From Chrysemys picta bellii (taxonomy: Eukaryota), in contig NC_088791.1 in the NCBI RefSeq assembly GCF_011386835.1, forward strand, positions 13,206,316-13,270,000: a DNA stretch of 63,685 bases. The letters are read 5' to 3'. Under the pieces are notes generated by a model. The model was not told where the DNA came from. It did not search any database and saw only the letters and a list, made by a program, of their open reading frames with translations. Of the stretch, positions 12,736 through 24,738 are shown piece after piece. Each line of letters opens with the position of its first letter. Position 1 is the stretch's first letter. The position numbers and the translations under genes are program-made.

Positions 12736-13131
12736 CCTACTCTACACTCCAGACTTTGTCGGTATAACTATGTCGCTCAGGCGTGCATAGGGTGACCAAA
12801 TGTCCCGATTTTATAGGGACAGTCCCAATTTTTGGGTCTTTTTCTTATAGACTCCTATTGCCTCCCACCCCCTGTCCTGATTTTTCACATTTGCTGTCTG
12901 GTCACCCTAGGCGTGCAGAAAATCCATACCCTTGAGCGATGCAGTTATATCGACTTAAGCCCCAGTGTAGACAGCGCTGAGGTGACGGGAGAGCTTCTCT
13001 TGTTGACATAGCTACCGCCTCTCGGGAAGATGGACTATCTAGGCCAACAGGAGAAGCTCTCCAATTGACATAAGTAGCATCTTCACTAAGCGCTACAGCA
13101 GCGCAGCTGCACTGTAAAGGTAGGCAAGCCC
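12736..13131. mobile_element. Harbinger-type MITE, interrupted by a hAT MITE
   Basis: Degenerate ..tctacact left end, ..gtaggcaagccc right end and internal agtgtagac motifs. The sequence is continuous across the 12788-12909 insertion. Confidence 0.75.
12788..12909 (+). mobile_element. 122-bp hAT (Tip100-like) MITE with TAGGGTGACCA termini, copy 1
   Basis: TIR TAGGGTGACCA / TGGTCACCCTA. Perfect 8-bp TSD ggcgtgca at 12780-12787 and 12910-12917. Confidence 0.93.
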
Positions 13132-13260
13132 TGTGCTGCAGTAGGATCACTTTCTGATAGCTGTAGGTACTTAAAGCCCTATTTTGATTCCCATTATAGA
13201 TGGTGGAGCAGAACTGTTCCCTTCCACAAACTTGTAAGATGTTCCTGAGCATAGTATCTG

Positions 13261-13509
13261 GGCATATTTGCTAAAACAAGGGAAAGCAATAGGGATTGGA
13301 GTCAGCTGACTTGGGCTCACAGGGTTTGGACTGTGGAGCTGTTTAGTTGCAGTGTAGATGCCCCAGCTTGCGGGGTCCCAGAACCTGCACTCCAGCACAA
13401 GCTCAAACGACTGCACCGCAATTGAACAGCCTTGTGGTCTGAGCCCCACGAGCCCAAGTCAGCTGATACAGGCCAGCCGCGGGTGTTTAATTGCAGTGTT
13501 GACATACAC
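13261..13509. mobile_element. Harbinger-type MITE
   Basis: Inner inverted repeat tcagctgacttgggctc / gagcccaagtcagctga; right end agtgttgacatac. Left end approximate. Confidence 0.7.
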
Positions 13510-14929
13510 GGAGAGAATAGACAAATGGAAACATTTGCTTGTTTGAAAACACTTTTATTCTACGGTTTTTTGTAGAATTTACAAGCTCTCAAAATATATT
13601 TAGATGTGCATTTCTCTAGGAAGGGACTTTGTTAGATGTATCGATAGATAGGATACTATACCGATATAGTTAAAAGTGACCCAACTTTCCCTTATAGGCA
13701 AGACCTTATGTTCCTACGTCACATTTGAAAATGGGAATTAAGTTCCTAAGTCATTTAGGATTTTTGAAAATATTACCCATAGTTTAGACAGGGTTTTTGA
13801 GGGGACTGCATGTTTGGAACCGTACCCTCTGTAAAAAACAAAGATCATCAGACTGTGATTTCTGACTAGACTATTATATCTCTTAGTACAATGACATTTT
13901 TTGTGATCGGAACTTGGAGCAATCTGTGGTTCAAATCATACTTTTAAAAGCCATTTCCTTTTGGTTTGCCCTGTGTTTATACTAATCAGTCAATAGGGCT
14001 TTCATCTGTAAGGAACAGATTGAAATCCAATCAATTACTTCTAGAGATAGGAAATTATTTCACACCTTTGAGTCTTACTCTGTTCCAGATGCAGCATGTT
14101 ACAGCTTGTGACAGTTAGAGCCAATTATAACCTGACCAACCTGCCTTGGCATTAAAAAGCCTGGTAGAACTTGCTCTATGTTTGCAAGATCAACACTTTG
14201 CTTCTGTGCACATGCCTGGTTTGGGAAGTTTAGTTTTGTGATCTGAATGTAGTGATCAGTCCAAAGCAATGATCAAAGTGGGGATTGACCAAATCTACCT
14301 TTATAAAAGGATTCCACTGCCTATTTTAAGTACATTATAGTATTAGTTATAAATACGTGTATTCCATTCCATTATAAATACATAATGACATTTTGTAAGA
14401 AATATATTTCCTGCTGGCATAAAAAAGACTTGAAAGGATATTTAAACTTGGGTAAAACCAGCTGTACTACAAAGTCTCTACAATAATTCTGCTTTCTATG
14501 GGGAAGGGAGTGATGATAGTTTTTACTTTATATTTATGTGGTTGATGTAGACTCCCATTACCACATCTAGTCGAAGGGTTTTCTCACACTTCTTAATTCT
14601 GGTGCAGCCATTTGCATAAGACCTTTAACAATTGATTGTTATCTTTTAATATAGAAAATAATTGTGATGACATTGCCAGGAGAGCAGCCCACAGAGAAAC
14701 ATAACTCTGATCTCAAGGCTCTAGACATTTTTTGTTCACTTGGCTGATGTTAGTTTTTGTCTGAGTCCCGCTAAGAATCATTTAAATTTAAATAATTTAA
14801 TCCTGTCCCAGTTTTCTGGGAGTAAGTGAAACTAAGGATACATTTTAGTTTATTAAGTCCTACTTTATTTGGAATTATGTGGTAAACACATTAAAGTGAA
14901 ATATTATCTTCTTCCAAATTATGATGGCC

Positions 14930-15135
14930 TAATGTGTGATCTAGTGTCTAAGAGCACAGAACTGACTACCAGGAGGACTGGCTTTGATTCTGGTCTGTGC
15001 CACTAATTTGCTGTGTGACCCTAGCAAACTTCTTCCTCACCTGTAAAATGGGGCTGATAATTCTTGCCCTCATTTATAAAGTGTTTTGAGATCTTTGTGT
15101 TCATGGTTCTATATAAGTCTGAAGTAATATTAATT
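14930..15135 (+). mobile_element. MIR/CORE-like SINE
   Basis: tRNA-like head, then ctgtgtgaccct..cctcacctgtaaaatgggg core and aagtgttttgagatc tail. Confidence 0.75.
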
Positions 15136-15724
15136 ATTAGGTCCTGAGGCTGCCATTTTACCCTGGGTTCTCCCTACGTATTGCCACTTATGCAGCCCTG
15201 TCTTCATATAGGAGGACAACCCTCTCTGAAATGACCTTATGATCTCTTCAAGTGGCATTAGCCTAAACAATTCATTTCTCTTCTGCCTCTGAACTTCATT
15301 AGCCAAGGGAGTGGTAAGCCCGACTGTGCTCCAGAATGCAGCTCTCCTGTATAATACCTGGGCACTTGTGCCATGACAAATAGACCAGTCTTGTACTATG
15401 TTCATGTTCTAATGACACACTTCAAATAAAGAAGTAAATTGATGAATATTTGGCACTCATCAGTGAATATTTTAAGTTGTGTTGGTTTGTTCCTCACATA
15501 CCCATGTACTGAGTTTCTGCAGTATTATTTTTACTTAGTTTTATTATAGTAGTTCTTACAGCCCCATTCAGGGTCCTGGCCTGGCTTTGTGTACACTAGG
15601 GAAATACATTGTTTGGAAACAGGTGAGCTAACACAATTTTAAGTGAGGCTGACCATGACCAGCTAATGCATTTATTAAAAGTGGCTAAACTTTGTCTCTG
15701 TTAGGTGCAAAGCTGTATTTAAAA

Positions 15725-16110
15725 TCATGTTAGCTCACCCATTTTCAAATGCAACCTATTTACTTCTCTGGACAAGGCCAAAGTCAGAACTTTCTCCAGG
15801 GGTGGTATGAGACTGTGGAATGAACTTCCCCAAGACCTAAGAACCATCACAACAACCTCATCACTTTCCGCTCCAAGCGTAAGGTGCATTTCTTTGACCT
15901 TGCCTTCTCTAATATAAACACATAGCAACAGATATATTTATTATAATAATAAAAACCTTACCAAAATAAGACGCTCCACTGCAGGTGCTTCTCCCTTATG
16001 GGAGAGATGAGAGAACAAACAACACAGGACAGATGTGCAGTCACGCTGCTAATGCACCACTTGAAGAGTCTTAGATACTATGGTGATGAGCCTCATATAA
16101 AAACCTATAT
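15725..16110 (+). mobile_element. L2-clade LINE 3' fragment
   Basis: Translates ..RTFSRGGMRLWNELPQDLRTIT.., the LWNxLP motif at the end of ORF2, followed by a tail-like sequence. Confidence 0.7.
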
Positions 16111-17569
16111 AGAACAGATTAGAGCAAAGGTGGTGCCCTGAAGAGCTTTTAATATGACTGTAAAAAAAGAGCTACAAAAGGAAGGATAAAGATGTTCCAC
16201 TGGACTATCCAAAGAACTTTTGCTGTGCCAAATAATTTATCTTCTGCGTTGATTCACCCTCTGTCTCTCATCTCATTTTTATTATTGTCAGGTTGTTTAC
16301 ATCAGAAATGCAGTCATGAGGCTGAAGCTGTTAACAATAGTACTGATGCTGGAGGAATTAATCCCACGTCATTACCCCGTTGCTAGTTTTCTAATGTTTC
16401 TCCTCTTTGGTTGTCCTTTATTTATTGCCTCTCACGTTTAGGCCTTGGCAGGCAGAAATGATAATATAGTTGGTATGGTAATTAATTATATCAAAACTAG
16501 TTTTGTGAGCTATAAATATTTTTACTGTGATTCTTGTCATGGTGATTGCAAGAATTTAGTATTGCAAATAGGCTATCTCAGTAGAAGAACAATGCATCTT
16601 TTTATTTTAATACCTCAGCATAGCATTAAATATTTTACACTTTCATATCTTTTGTACAATTTAACTTAGATGATGCGCTGAATGCAGACATGGCCCCAGT
16701 CCTAGCCACACTGCATTTTGACTACCGCAGGAGAATAGCAGCAGTGTACTCTTAGGGCATTCTTGTCAACAGGAATCAGTTGTGACATTAAAGAATGCTT
16801 TATCCCCTTTTAATGAAAATGTTTAAGTGTGGGAAGCTAAGTATTTTTTAACAACGTATTTCCTAGAAAGAGAGATTTGCATTGTCGCTACTTTTTGTCT
16901 CTGTTTGTGCCGGTGATCAGGTGATGATCTCCCATCATTTCCTATCGCTATTACTGTGGAAATTAGTGCGGGAGTCGCTCCCCTGATGAGTTTGAGGCTG
17001 TACTCAGCTCTGACATGTCTGCATTTTTGTTGAAATTGTAGGCCCGTTGACGTCAATGGCAAAACTCCCCTTGACTTCAATAGGGCCAGGATTTCACCCT
17101 TTGTCTCTTGTCTCTAGCCACCGCCCTGCTCTGATTCTACTTCCCTTTACGTGACCCTCTTGTATTCACTCACAAGCATCTCCTTTCCGTTTTCCCTTGC
17201 TTCCCCCTATTCCTGAAATGCTCACCTTGATCCTATATGCCATGTGACCTTCTTTATTCAAAACCTACTTCTTTGCACAGTCTCTCCAGCAGTGGCCCAC
17301 ATTCCCATACTAACCTTGCAAAGTAAAAATTAATTAAAGAAATGTTCTAAGATGTGCCCTTGTGAAAACAGGCAGTCTTGTAACCTTTTTTGCGTGAACC
17401 ACCCCTCCCTTTCATGATACCATCTTTCTGTTTCAACGTTACTTTGTTTCTAACGTAGGTTGTAAGATTCTTACACCAGCAACCTTGTCTTTAGTCTTTC
17501 TGTAAAGTGTCATGCACTCCTAGAGCATTATAATCAAGTTTTACTCTATAATAATCAGATTATCTAGTC

Positions 17570-17879
17570 CAGGGGTCGGCAGCCTTTCAGAAGTGGTGTG
17601 CCGAGTCTTCATTTATTCACTCTAATTTAAGGTTTCGCGTGCCAGTCATACATTTTAACATTTTTAGAAGGTCTCTTTCTATAAGTCTATAATATATAAC
17701 TAAACTATTGTTGTATGTAAAGTAAATAAGGCTTTTAAAATGTTTAAGAAGCTTCATTTAAAATTAAATTAAAATGCAGAGCCCCCCCGACTGGTGGCCA
17801 GGACCCGGGCAGTGTGAGTGCCACTGAAAATCAGCTCGCGTGCCGCCTTCGGCACCCGTGCCATAGGTTGCCTACCCCG
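17570..17879 (-). mobile_element. hAT MITE, copy 3
   Basis: Nearly identical to copy 2. Perfect TSD atctagtc at 17562-17569 and 17880-17887; the right TIR lacks one base. Confidence 0.95.
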
Positions 17880-18498
17880 ATCTAGTCCATCCCCCCTGCC
17901 TCTGCAAGATTGTTGCCTACTGTATATTTATTAGAACCACATCCTGTCTACTACTTCAACTACTAAAGAAGGTAGCAGTAAATGCTAGCCGCTAAGAATA
18001 TTGTGTGGGTCTCATTTATTTATCTTGACTAAAACCAGCACTCATTCTATAAACATTTGAAAAAAGAAATACCAAATTTTCAAATATTTGTAAAACCTCT
18101 AATGTAGACTCCTAGAGAGTGGTATTGTCCCTCAGCTTGAAGATTAAAATCAGTGCTGCCCACAGCTGATTAACTTCCCTTTCTAATGTTTCCCCCTAAC
18201 TGAGAATCTCAATTTCTGTAGCGAGCTTAGTTTCTGTAAAGCCACAGAGAGTATTTCTATACAGTGAGCTATAGAGCAGTTGTGGCTGTGTCCTGCACTG
18301 AAGTTCAGTTTGTAATGGCCGTCTATTTCAACCTGTTTGATAGGCAGCGATGTGCAATGAAAACTGTCCTAATGCTGTGCTGAAGCAAGCTTTTTGAAAG
18401 GCAAAGTGAATTGTCTATTTTGTATTTTCTTATATTTAGCCAATAACATTTTACTGTTTTGCATCAACTCGTCTGTGTCTGTCTTTTTTGTCTGGCAG

Positions 18499-18754
18499 AG
18501 TCATCAGCAAAGTGGTGTCAGCCCCAGAGGCTAAACCATCTACTCCTGTGAATCGGCCCAAAACACCACCACCCGTGCCATCCCCACTACCAGCTCCTGT
18601 CCACGTGACCCCTCCTCCTGCTCCAGCTCCTCCTCCTCCACAAGCTACCATCTCGCCTGCTCTAATTCCACCACCTTCTCCTGCGGTCTCTGCAGCAGGA
18701 GGCTCCAAAGCGCCGGTCAGAAGTGTGGTGACGGAGACTGTCAGTACCTACGTG
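18499..18754 (+). CDS. TAF3: TAF3 Pro-rich coding exon (exon 5), VISKVVSAPEAKPSTPVNRPKTPPP...KAPVRSVVTETVSTYV
   Basis: Acceptor ttttttgtctggcAG, donor GTATGT at 18755. The 256 nt are 1 nt plus 85 codons. Peptide ends match recalled TAF3 (VISKVV..PEAKP; APVRSVVTETVSTYV). Confidence 0.96.
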
Positions 18755-19349
18755 GTATGTGATATACTTCAATGTGTGCCTTAATGCTATTGAGATCAAT
18801 CTTTTGAGAATTCTTCATGACGACTTTTCATTTTCAAAGTAAAGGTGCCGTGCTAATACAGTGTGATGTATTAGTCACATGTATACAACCCCTTCTCTTT
18901 ATGCACCTATTTTCAGGGGTTGATAACTTATTCAAAAAATTGTCTGTACAGAAATTTCTTATGCTTATTCTCAGCCAAAGGTTGTCTCTCTTCTGGAACG
19001 TCTACTACAGTTCCATCTGGATATTTTCTAGTTGTCTGAGCGTGAATATTTTTCTCGTTGAGATCTTTCAGATTCTTTTTTAATGCTTGCCATAGTTCTA
19101 GCCTTCAATGAGGAAAAGAGCCCCTCACATAGCAGAAGTTAGAATTAGCACTTAGCAGTAATCTTCAATTTGTGCAGTACACTATTATTTACTAATTTTT
19201 TTTATCGGTGTACCAAGGTTGCAGATACTTGTGCAACTCTGAAGCTCTGCACACTTCCTGCATATAGCTTGTAGCCAATCCACCATGTGCTGTGAGCTTG
19301 CTATATCTCAGGTGGGGTTAAAACTTGGATATTCCTTAGAGTGTTCCCA

Positions 19350-22130
19350 TTACAATCAGAAAAATTTGAATAATTGGCAACTGCTTAAGAACATTTTGCT
19401 AGATGCTCAAAAGCCACTATCAAGAAAGAATGTTAAAAAAACTAACCTGGCTTAGGGGGTAGTGAAATCAGATATTAAAAATACATATATAACAAATGGA
19501 AGAAATGAGAAGTTGATAGTAATGACTATAAATCAGAAGCTAGGAATTGTAGAAAATTTATAAGGGAAGCAAAAGGACTCAAGGAAAAAACTATGGCCAG
19601 CATTGTTAAAGACATTAAGGAGTTGCCCAAGTATACTAGGAACAAAAGAAATCCTAACAACAGTAATAGTCCATTAATAGATGGAAATGGCAGAATTGTA
19701 AATAATAATGCAGAAATGTTCAATAAATATTTCTGTTTGGGAAAAGCCAGATAGTGTAGTCATATCAGATGATCAAATACTTTCCATTCCAACAGTAACT
19801 AAGGAGGATGTTAAACAGAGCTACTAAAGTTAAATATTTTGAAATCAGCAGGTCCAGATAATTTGTATTCAAGAATTTTAAAGATCTGGCCAAGGAGCTC
19901 TCTAGACTGTTAATGTTGATTTTCATTAAGTCTTGGAACACTGGGGAAATTCCAGAAGACTGTAAGAAAGCTAATGTTGCATCAATATTAAACGGGATAA
20001 CCCGGGATGTTATGGGCCTGTCAGCCTGACATTGATCATAAGCAAAATAATGGAACAGCTGATACGTGACTCAGTTTAATAAAGAAGTAAAAGAGGATAA
20101 TATGATTAATGCCAGTCAACATACGCTTGTGGGAAATAGATCTTGTCAAACTAATGTGATATCTTTTTTGATGAGATTACAGACTTGGTTGAAAAAGGTA
20201 ATAGTTCTAATGTAACATACATAGACTTCTGCACGGCTTTTGACTTGGTACTGCATGACATTTTGATTAAGAAACTAAAACAGTGCAAAATGACATACAT
20301 TAATTGGATAGGTCTCAACATGTAATTGTAAACAGAGAATCGTTAAGTGGGCATGTTTCTAGTGGGATCCCGCGGGGATCAGTTCTTGGCTATACACTAT
20401 TGCAGCGGTTTTCAACCTGTGGGTCGCAACCCAGGAATGTAAGGCACTGGGTCGCGGTGGCTCTGGTCAGCACCGCCGGCCTGGCCATTAAAAGTCCCAT
20501 CGGTGGTGCTGCCCAAGGCAGGCTAGTCCCTACGTGTTCTGACAACGCACTGTGCCCCAGAAGCGGCCAGCAGCAGGTCCGGCTCCTAGGTGGGGGGGCC
20601 CACGGGGCTCCGTGCACTGCTCCCACCCTAAGCAGCTGCTCCACTCTCGACCAATGGGAGCTGGGGGTGGGGAGGCCAGTGCCTGCGGGTGAGAGCCACG
20701 CAGAGCCGCTTGTGCACCTCCGCCTAGGAGACAGACCTGTTGCTGGCCGCTTCCGAGGCTCAGCGCAGTCCGCGGTGCCAGGACAGTCAGGAAGCCTGCC
20801 TTAGCACCCCCGCTGCGCCACTGACCGGGAGCCGCCCGAGGTAACCCCGCACCTCAATCCCCTGCCCCAGCCCTGAGCCCCCCCAAATCCAGAGCCCATT
20901 CCTGCATCCCAAACCCCTCATCCCCACCCCAGAGCCTGCACCCCCAGCCCAAAACCCTGACCCCCTCCCGCACTCCTATCCCAGCCCTAAGCCCCCTCAA
21001 ATCCGGAGCCGCCTCCTTATTCCAAACCCCTCATCCCTGGCCCCACCCCAGAGCCTGCACCCCTAGCCCTGAGCACCCTCCCACATCCTGAACCCCTCAT
21101 TCCTGGCCCCACCCCACAGCGCTCTGCCCCAGCCCTGAGACCCTTCCATACCCCAAACCCCTCATCCCCAGCTCCACTAGGTCGCAGGCATCAACAATTT
21201 TCTTCAACTGTGTCACCAGAAAAAAAAGTTTGAAAACCACTGCACTACTGATCACTTTTATCAATGACCTGGAAGAAAACACAAAATCATTACTAATAAA
21301 ACTTGCAGATGAGACAGATTGGGGGAGTTGTAAATAATGAAGAGGACAGGTTACTGATACTGCGTGATCTAGATCACATGGTAAGCTGGACACAAGCAAG
21401 CAATACGTGTTTTAATACAACCAAATGTAAAGTCATATATCTAGGAACAAAGAATGTTGGTCGCACTTACATGATGGAGGACTCTATTCTGGGAAGTGCT
21501 GACTCTGAAGTCATGGTGAATCATCAGCTGAACATAAGTACCCAGTGCAATGCTGTGACTAAAAGAGCTAAAGTGATCCTTGGATGTATAAATGGGAATA
21601 TCAGGTAGGAGTAGGGAGATTATATTACCTCTGTATTAGGCTACTGGAATATTGTGTCCAGTTCTGGTGTCCACAGGTCAAGAAAGATGTTGATAATTGG
21701 AAAGGGTTCAGAGAAGAGCCACGAGAATGATTGAAGGATTAGACAACATACTTTATAGTGCAAGACTCAAGGGGATTAATCTTTTTAATTTAACAAAGAG
21801 GAGATTGATCACAATGTAGAAGTACCTACATGGATATAATAGAGGGCTCTTCAATGTAGCAGACAAAAATATAACAAGATCCAGTGGATAGAGGTTGACA
21901 GTAGACACATTCAGACTAGAAATAAGGTACAAATTATTAACAGTGAGAGTATTTAACCATTGGAATAACTTATCAAAGGTTGTGGTGATTTCTCCATCAC
22001 TGACCATTTTTAAATCAAGATTGGGTGTTTTCCTAAAAGGTGTGTCCTAGTTCAACCAGAAATTAATTCAGAGAAATCTTATGGCCTGTATTATACAGGA
22101 GGTCAAACTAGGTGATCGCAGTGGTGATTC
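19350..22130 (+). mobile_element. 5'-truncated, degenerate CR1 LINE (ORF2 RT to 3' tail), split by a hAT insertion
   Basis: RT motifs IDFCTAFDLVLHDILI (~20220), GSVLG (~20376), FINDLE and KLADETD (~21255-21320; KFADD-like), and a CR1 tail near 22080-22130. Contains frameshifts and stops. Confidence 0.92.
20403..21242. mobile_element. Non-autonomous hAT element (840 bp) with internal C-rich minisatellite
   Basis: 16-bp TIR CAGCGGTTTTCAACCT / AGTTTGAAAACCACTG (2 mismatches). TSD cactattg / cactactg (7/8). Degenerate repeats of cccagccc..aaacccctcat at ~20850-21175. Confidence 0.9.
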
Positions 22131-23743
22131 ATATAAGAAAACAGTGAACTTCCCAGATTAAACACCTACAAAGAATTAGTGCCTATCTTGGAAGGGCAGT
22201 GCTACTTTTGCTAGGCATTTTATTGCCAAGACTGGTCAGCCAGGTTATAATTGGTTGTAATCTGCATTCCCGTAGGCTGTAGCATGGTTTGTTTGCAGCC
22301 GAGTGATGGTGTGTGATTCTTTCTTAGCTTTGATTCCTTCAGAGAAAATATTTTGTGTGACCCTAACATCCAAAAGTCCCAACAGTCAGTTTACATGAGG
22401 AGCAAACATTTTTGCACCAACACAAAATGACTTTGCAGAGTAAGATTTGATACATAGAACTGAATGATCATTACAATCCAAGATCATTCAAACCAAACTC
22501 CAGCTCCCTGTCAGTGTAGAATAGCGCCCTGCATCATATTTTCCTGTGCTTTCTGCCATCTAGTTTTGAATGACAAAAAACTACAGGGCTTTCCTAGAAG
22601 CTAAGAGATGTCAGTCATGAATTATAAACTGAATGCAGCCCTTGTTCATTTTCACTGATTTCCTTGGATGGTGATTTGAGATTTACAGACCAAAATGGTG
22701 CTTAGTTTTTCTTTTTAATACCCTTTGTTGTTTTTAACCTACTTACTTTTAATGTCATCCTTATAAACCTCTTGCAGGTAACAAGAAAAGTTATTCTCTG
22801 TACTATACAGGATATATGACCATGTGTTCTAGCAAATATTGAAAGGAAAATACATGAAGTCCTGTTCTAAATACTCTTAAATCACAGAAGGGATTAAATC
22901 AGTGTAGATCCTCTGACAGTTGCATATGAACTTATTATTATTAAATTGCATTTTATTAAATTGGTTTTGTGAATGTTTAGATTTTACCAAACAATACAAA
23001 AGACCTATTTAATGAAACAATCTTGAAATTTAAAAATTGTAATGTGGTTTAAACTGGAAATAATACCCCCAAAAAATCCATCATAAGGCATTGAATGAGA
23101 TGAATTTAGTAAACAATTGCTTAATATTGTAAATGATCTGCCTTTCTCATTGCATTTACCCTTTAGTAAATTGTACTGTGACATCAATGTCATAAAAGGA
23201 ATGGAAAGTTACTCAGTAACAACTTTTTTATATCCTTGATCTTATCAGCTAGTTGAGTTTGGCTAATAAGTAATAAGGCAATATATGCACGTTGCACTGT
23301 ATTTATTACATACGTGTAAGACTATTATCTTATGCAAGGGGCTACCATGGTTCCATCCATAAGCAGTGTAAAATTAAAAAAGAAATCAGTCTTCAGATCA
23401 CTGGGAGGGTATCAACAGCTAAGAATCTGTACTGTTAAGCCATGATGATTGCTATAAGTGAATGACTATTCTCTTGGGTCAAGTGGTTTAACTGGCTTTA
23501 CTGGTTTACAGAGCAGTGTAAAACTGTGTTTGTTTTTACCATCTGAATCCAGTATAGCAAAATCAATTAGAATGGTATTGCCAAGCACTTGTGGGTAGAG
23601 TATTCTTAGATGTACTTTCCAGGAGTAGAGTGAACATTAGATAGCTTTGACTGATAAACAGGAAATGTCACTTTAAGAAAATCAGTTATGTTTGCTGACT
23701 TGACATTAAAAAGAATCAACTTTTTTCTCCCTTTTTATACCAG

Positions 23744-23850
23744 ATCCGAGATGAATGGGGTAACCAGATCTGGATCTGTCCTGGCTGCAACAAAGCTGAT
23801 GATGGCAGTCCAATGATAGGCTGTGATGACTGTGATGATTGGTATCACTG
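23744..23850 (+). CDS. TAF3: TAF3 PHD finger, first half (exon 6), IRDEWGNQIWICPGCNKADDGSPMIGCDDCDDWYH(W)
   Basis: Polypyrimidine tract plus cAG ending at 23743, donor GTAAGT at 23851. The 107 nt are 35 codons plus 2 nt and carry the PHD Cys/His pattern. Confidence 0.98.
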
Positions 23851-24623
23851 GTAAGTTGTTGTAACCTCTTCTTTTGTGCCATTCTTTCACACCTTGCCGC
23901 TGTCCTAGAAACCACCTGGTTATTCACAAAAAGCTAGAATTGTATTTGGCAGTTCCTTTTCATTTCAACTAGTAATTTGGAAGATTTTACTTTTATCTTT
24001 GTTACTTTGGAAGTTTGCAAAAGTAAATTTTAAGTTGTAAGGGTGCCCAAGTTTCTTTTTTATTTGTTTCCATTAGAACTCATAGGAAAATGTTCTGCTA
24101 AAACCAGTACTAATAGTTTTGAAACTGTTATAATATCAGATACAGGTACGTACTCTAAGAACAACAGGACAGTAAACACCATGAACATAGCTATAAAGTT
24201 TCAAGTTATAGGCTTATTATATGAAAAAAGCACATTTTGAAACACATTCTCTTTTTAAAAAAAAAAAAAGTGAATCACTTTATAGGTATTTTTGTGAGAC
24301 AGCTAAACAAAATCAAAAGGCTTTTCCACAAATGATTTAAACGATGATGTGGCATCTTTTAAAATCTGGCCTATTACACCCAAAAGCAGTAGACGTCTCT
24401 TATTATCTTACAAAAAAAAAAAAAAGTTTCTTATCTAAGTGGCATTCTAAGAAATTCATTGCTTCAAAACAAAGAAGGTTTACATTTCCAAGCTATGGGA
24501 TTTGGGGCTAAAAAATTTAGTCAGATTCTGTTTCCTATCTGAAAAGTTCATCCAGTATGGATAAGAAAGAAAAGTAACATGTTGATTTACTGAGACCTTG
24601 TGGGTTTTTTGTCAAATTTATAG

Positions 24624-24738
24624 GCTTTGTGTTGGAATTACGGCTGCACCCCCAGAAGAAATGCAATGGTTCTGTTCTAAGTGTGCCAGCAAAAAGAAAG
24701 ATAAAAAACATAAGAAGCGGAAGCACAGAGCACACTGA
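24624..24738 (+). CDS. TAF3: TAF3 terminal coding exon (exon 7), (W)LCVGITAAPPEEMQWFCSKCASKKKDKKHKKRKHRAH*
   Basis: Acceptor tttatAG ends at 24623. It completes the split Trp codon (TG+G), supplies the last three PHD Cys ligands and a basic tail, and stops at TGA 24736-24738. Confidence 0.98.

Noticed and set aside
15130-15405. 91-aa minus-strand ORF with protein-like composition
   Set aside because: Looks like a decayed CR1-type ORF2 end (FQRGLSSYM resembles FKxGLDxYM); no splice or homology support for a gene.
17048-17055. Perfect CRE TGACGTCA
   Set aside because: Lies inside a short palindromic MITE whose usual motif is ttgacttcaat; probably incidental.
18451-18708. Gly-rich minus-strand ORF
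   Set aside because: Antisense shadow of the Pro-rich TAF3 exon.
20304-20804. 166-aa ORF
   Set aside because: Chimeric read-through from degenerate CR1 RT into the GC-rich hAT insert.
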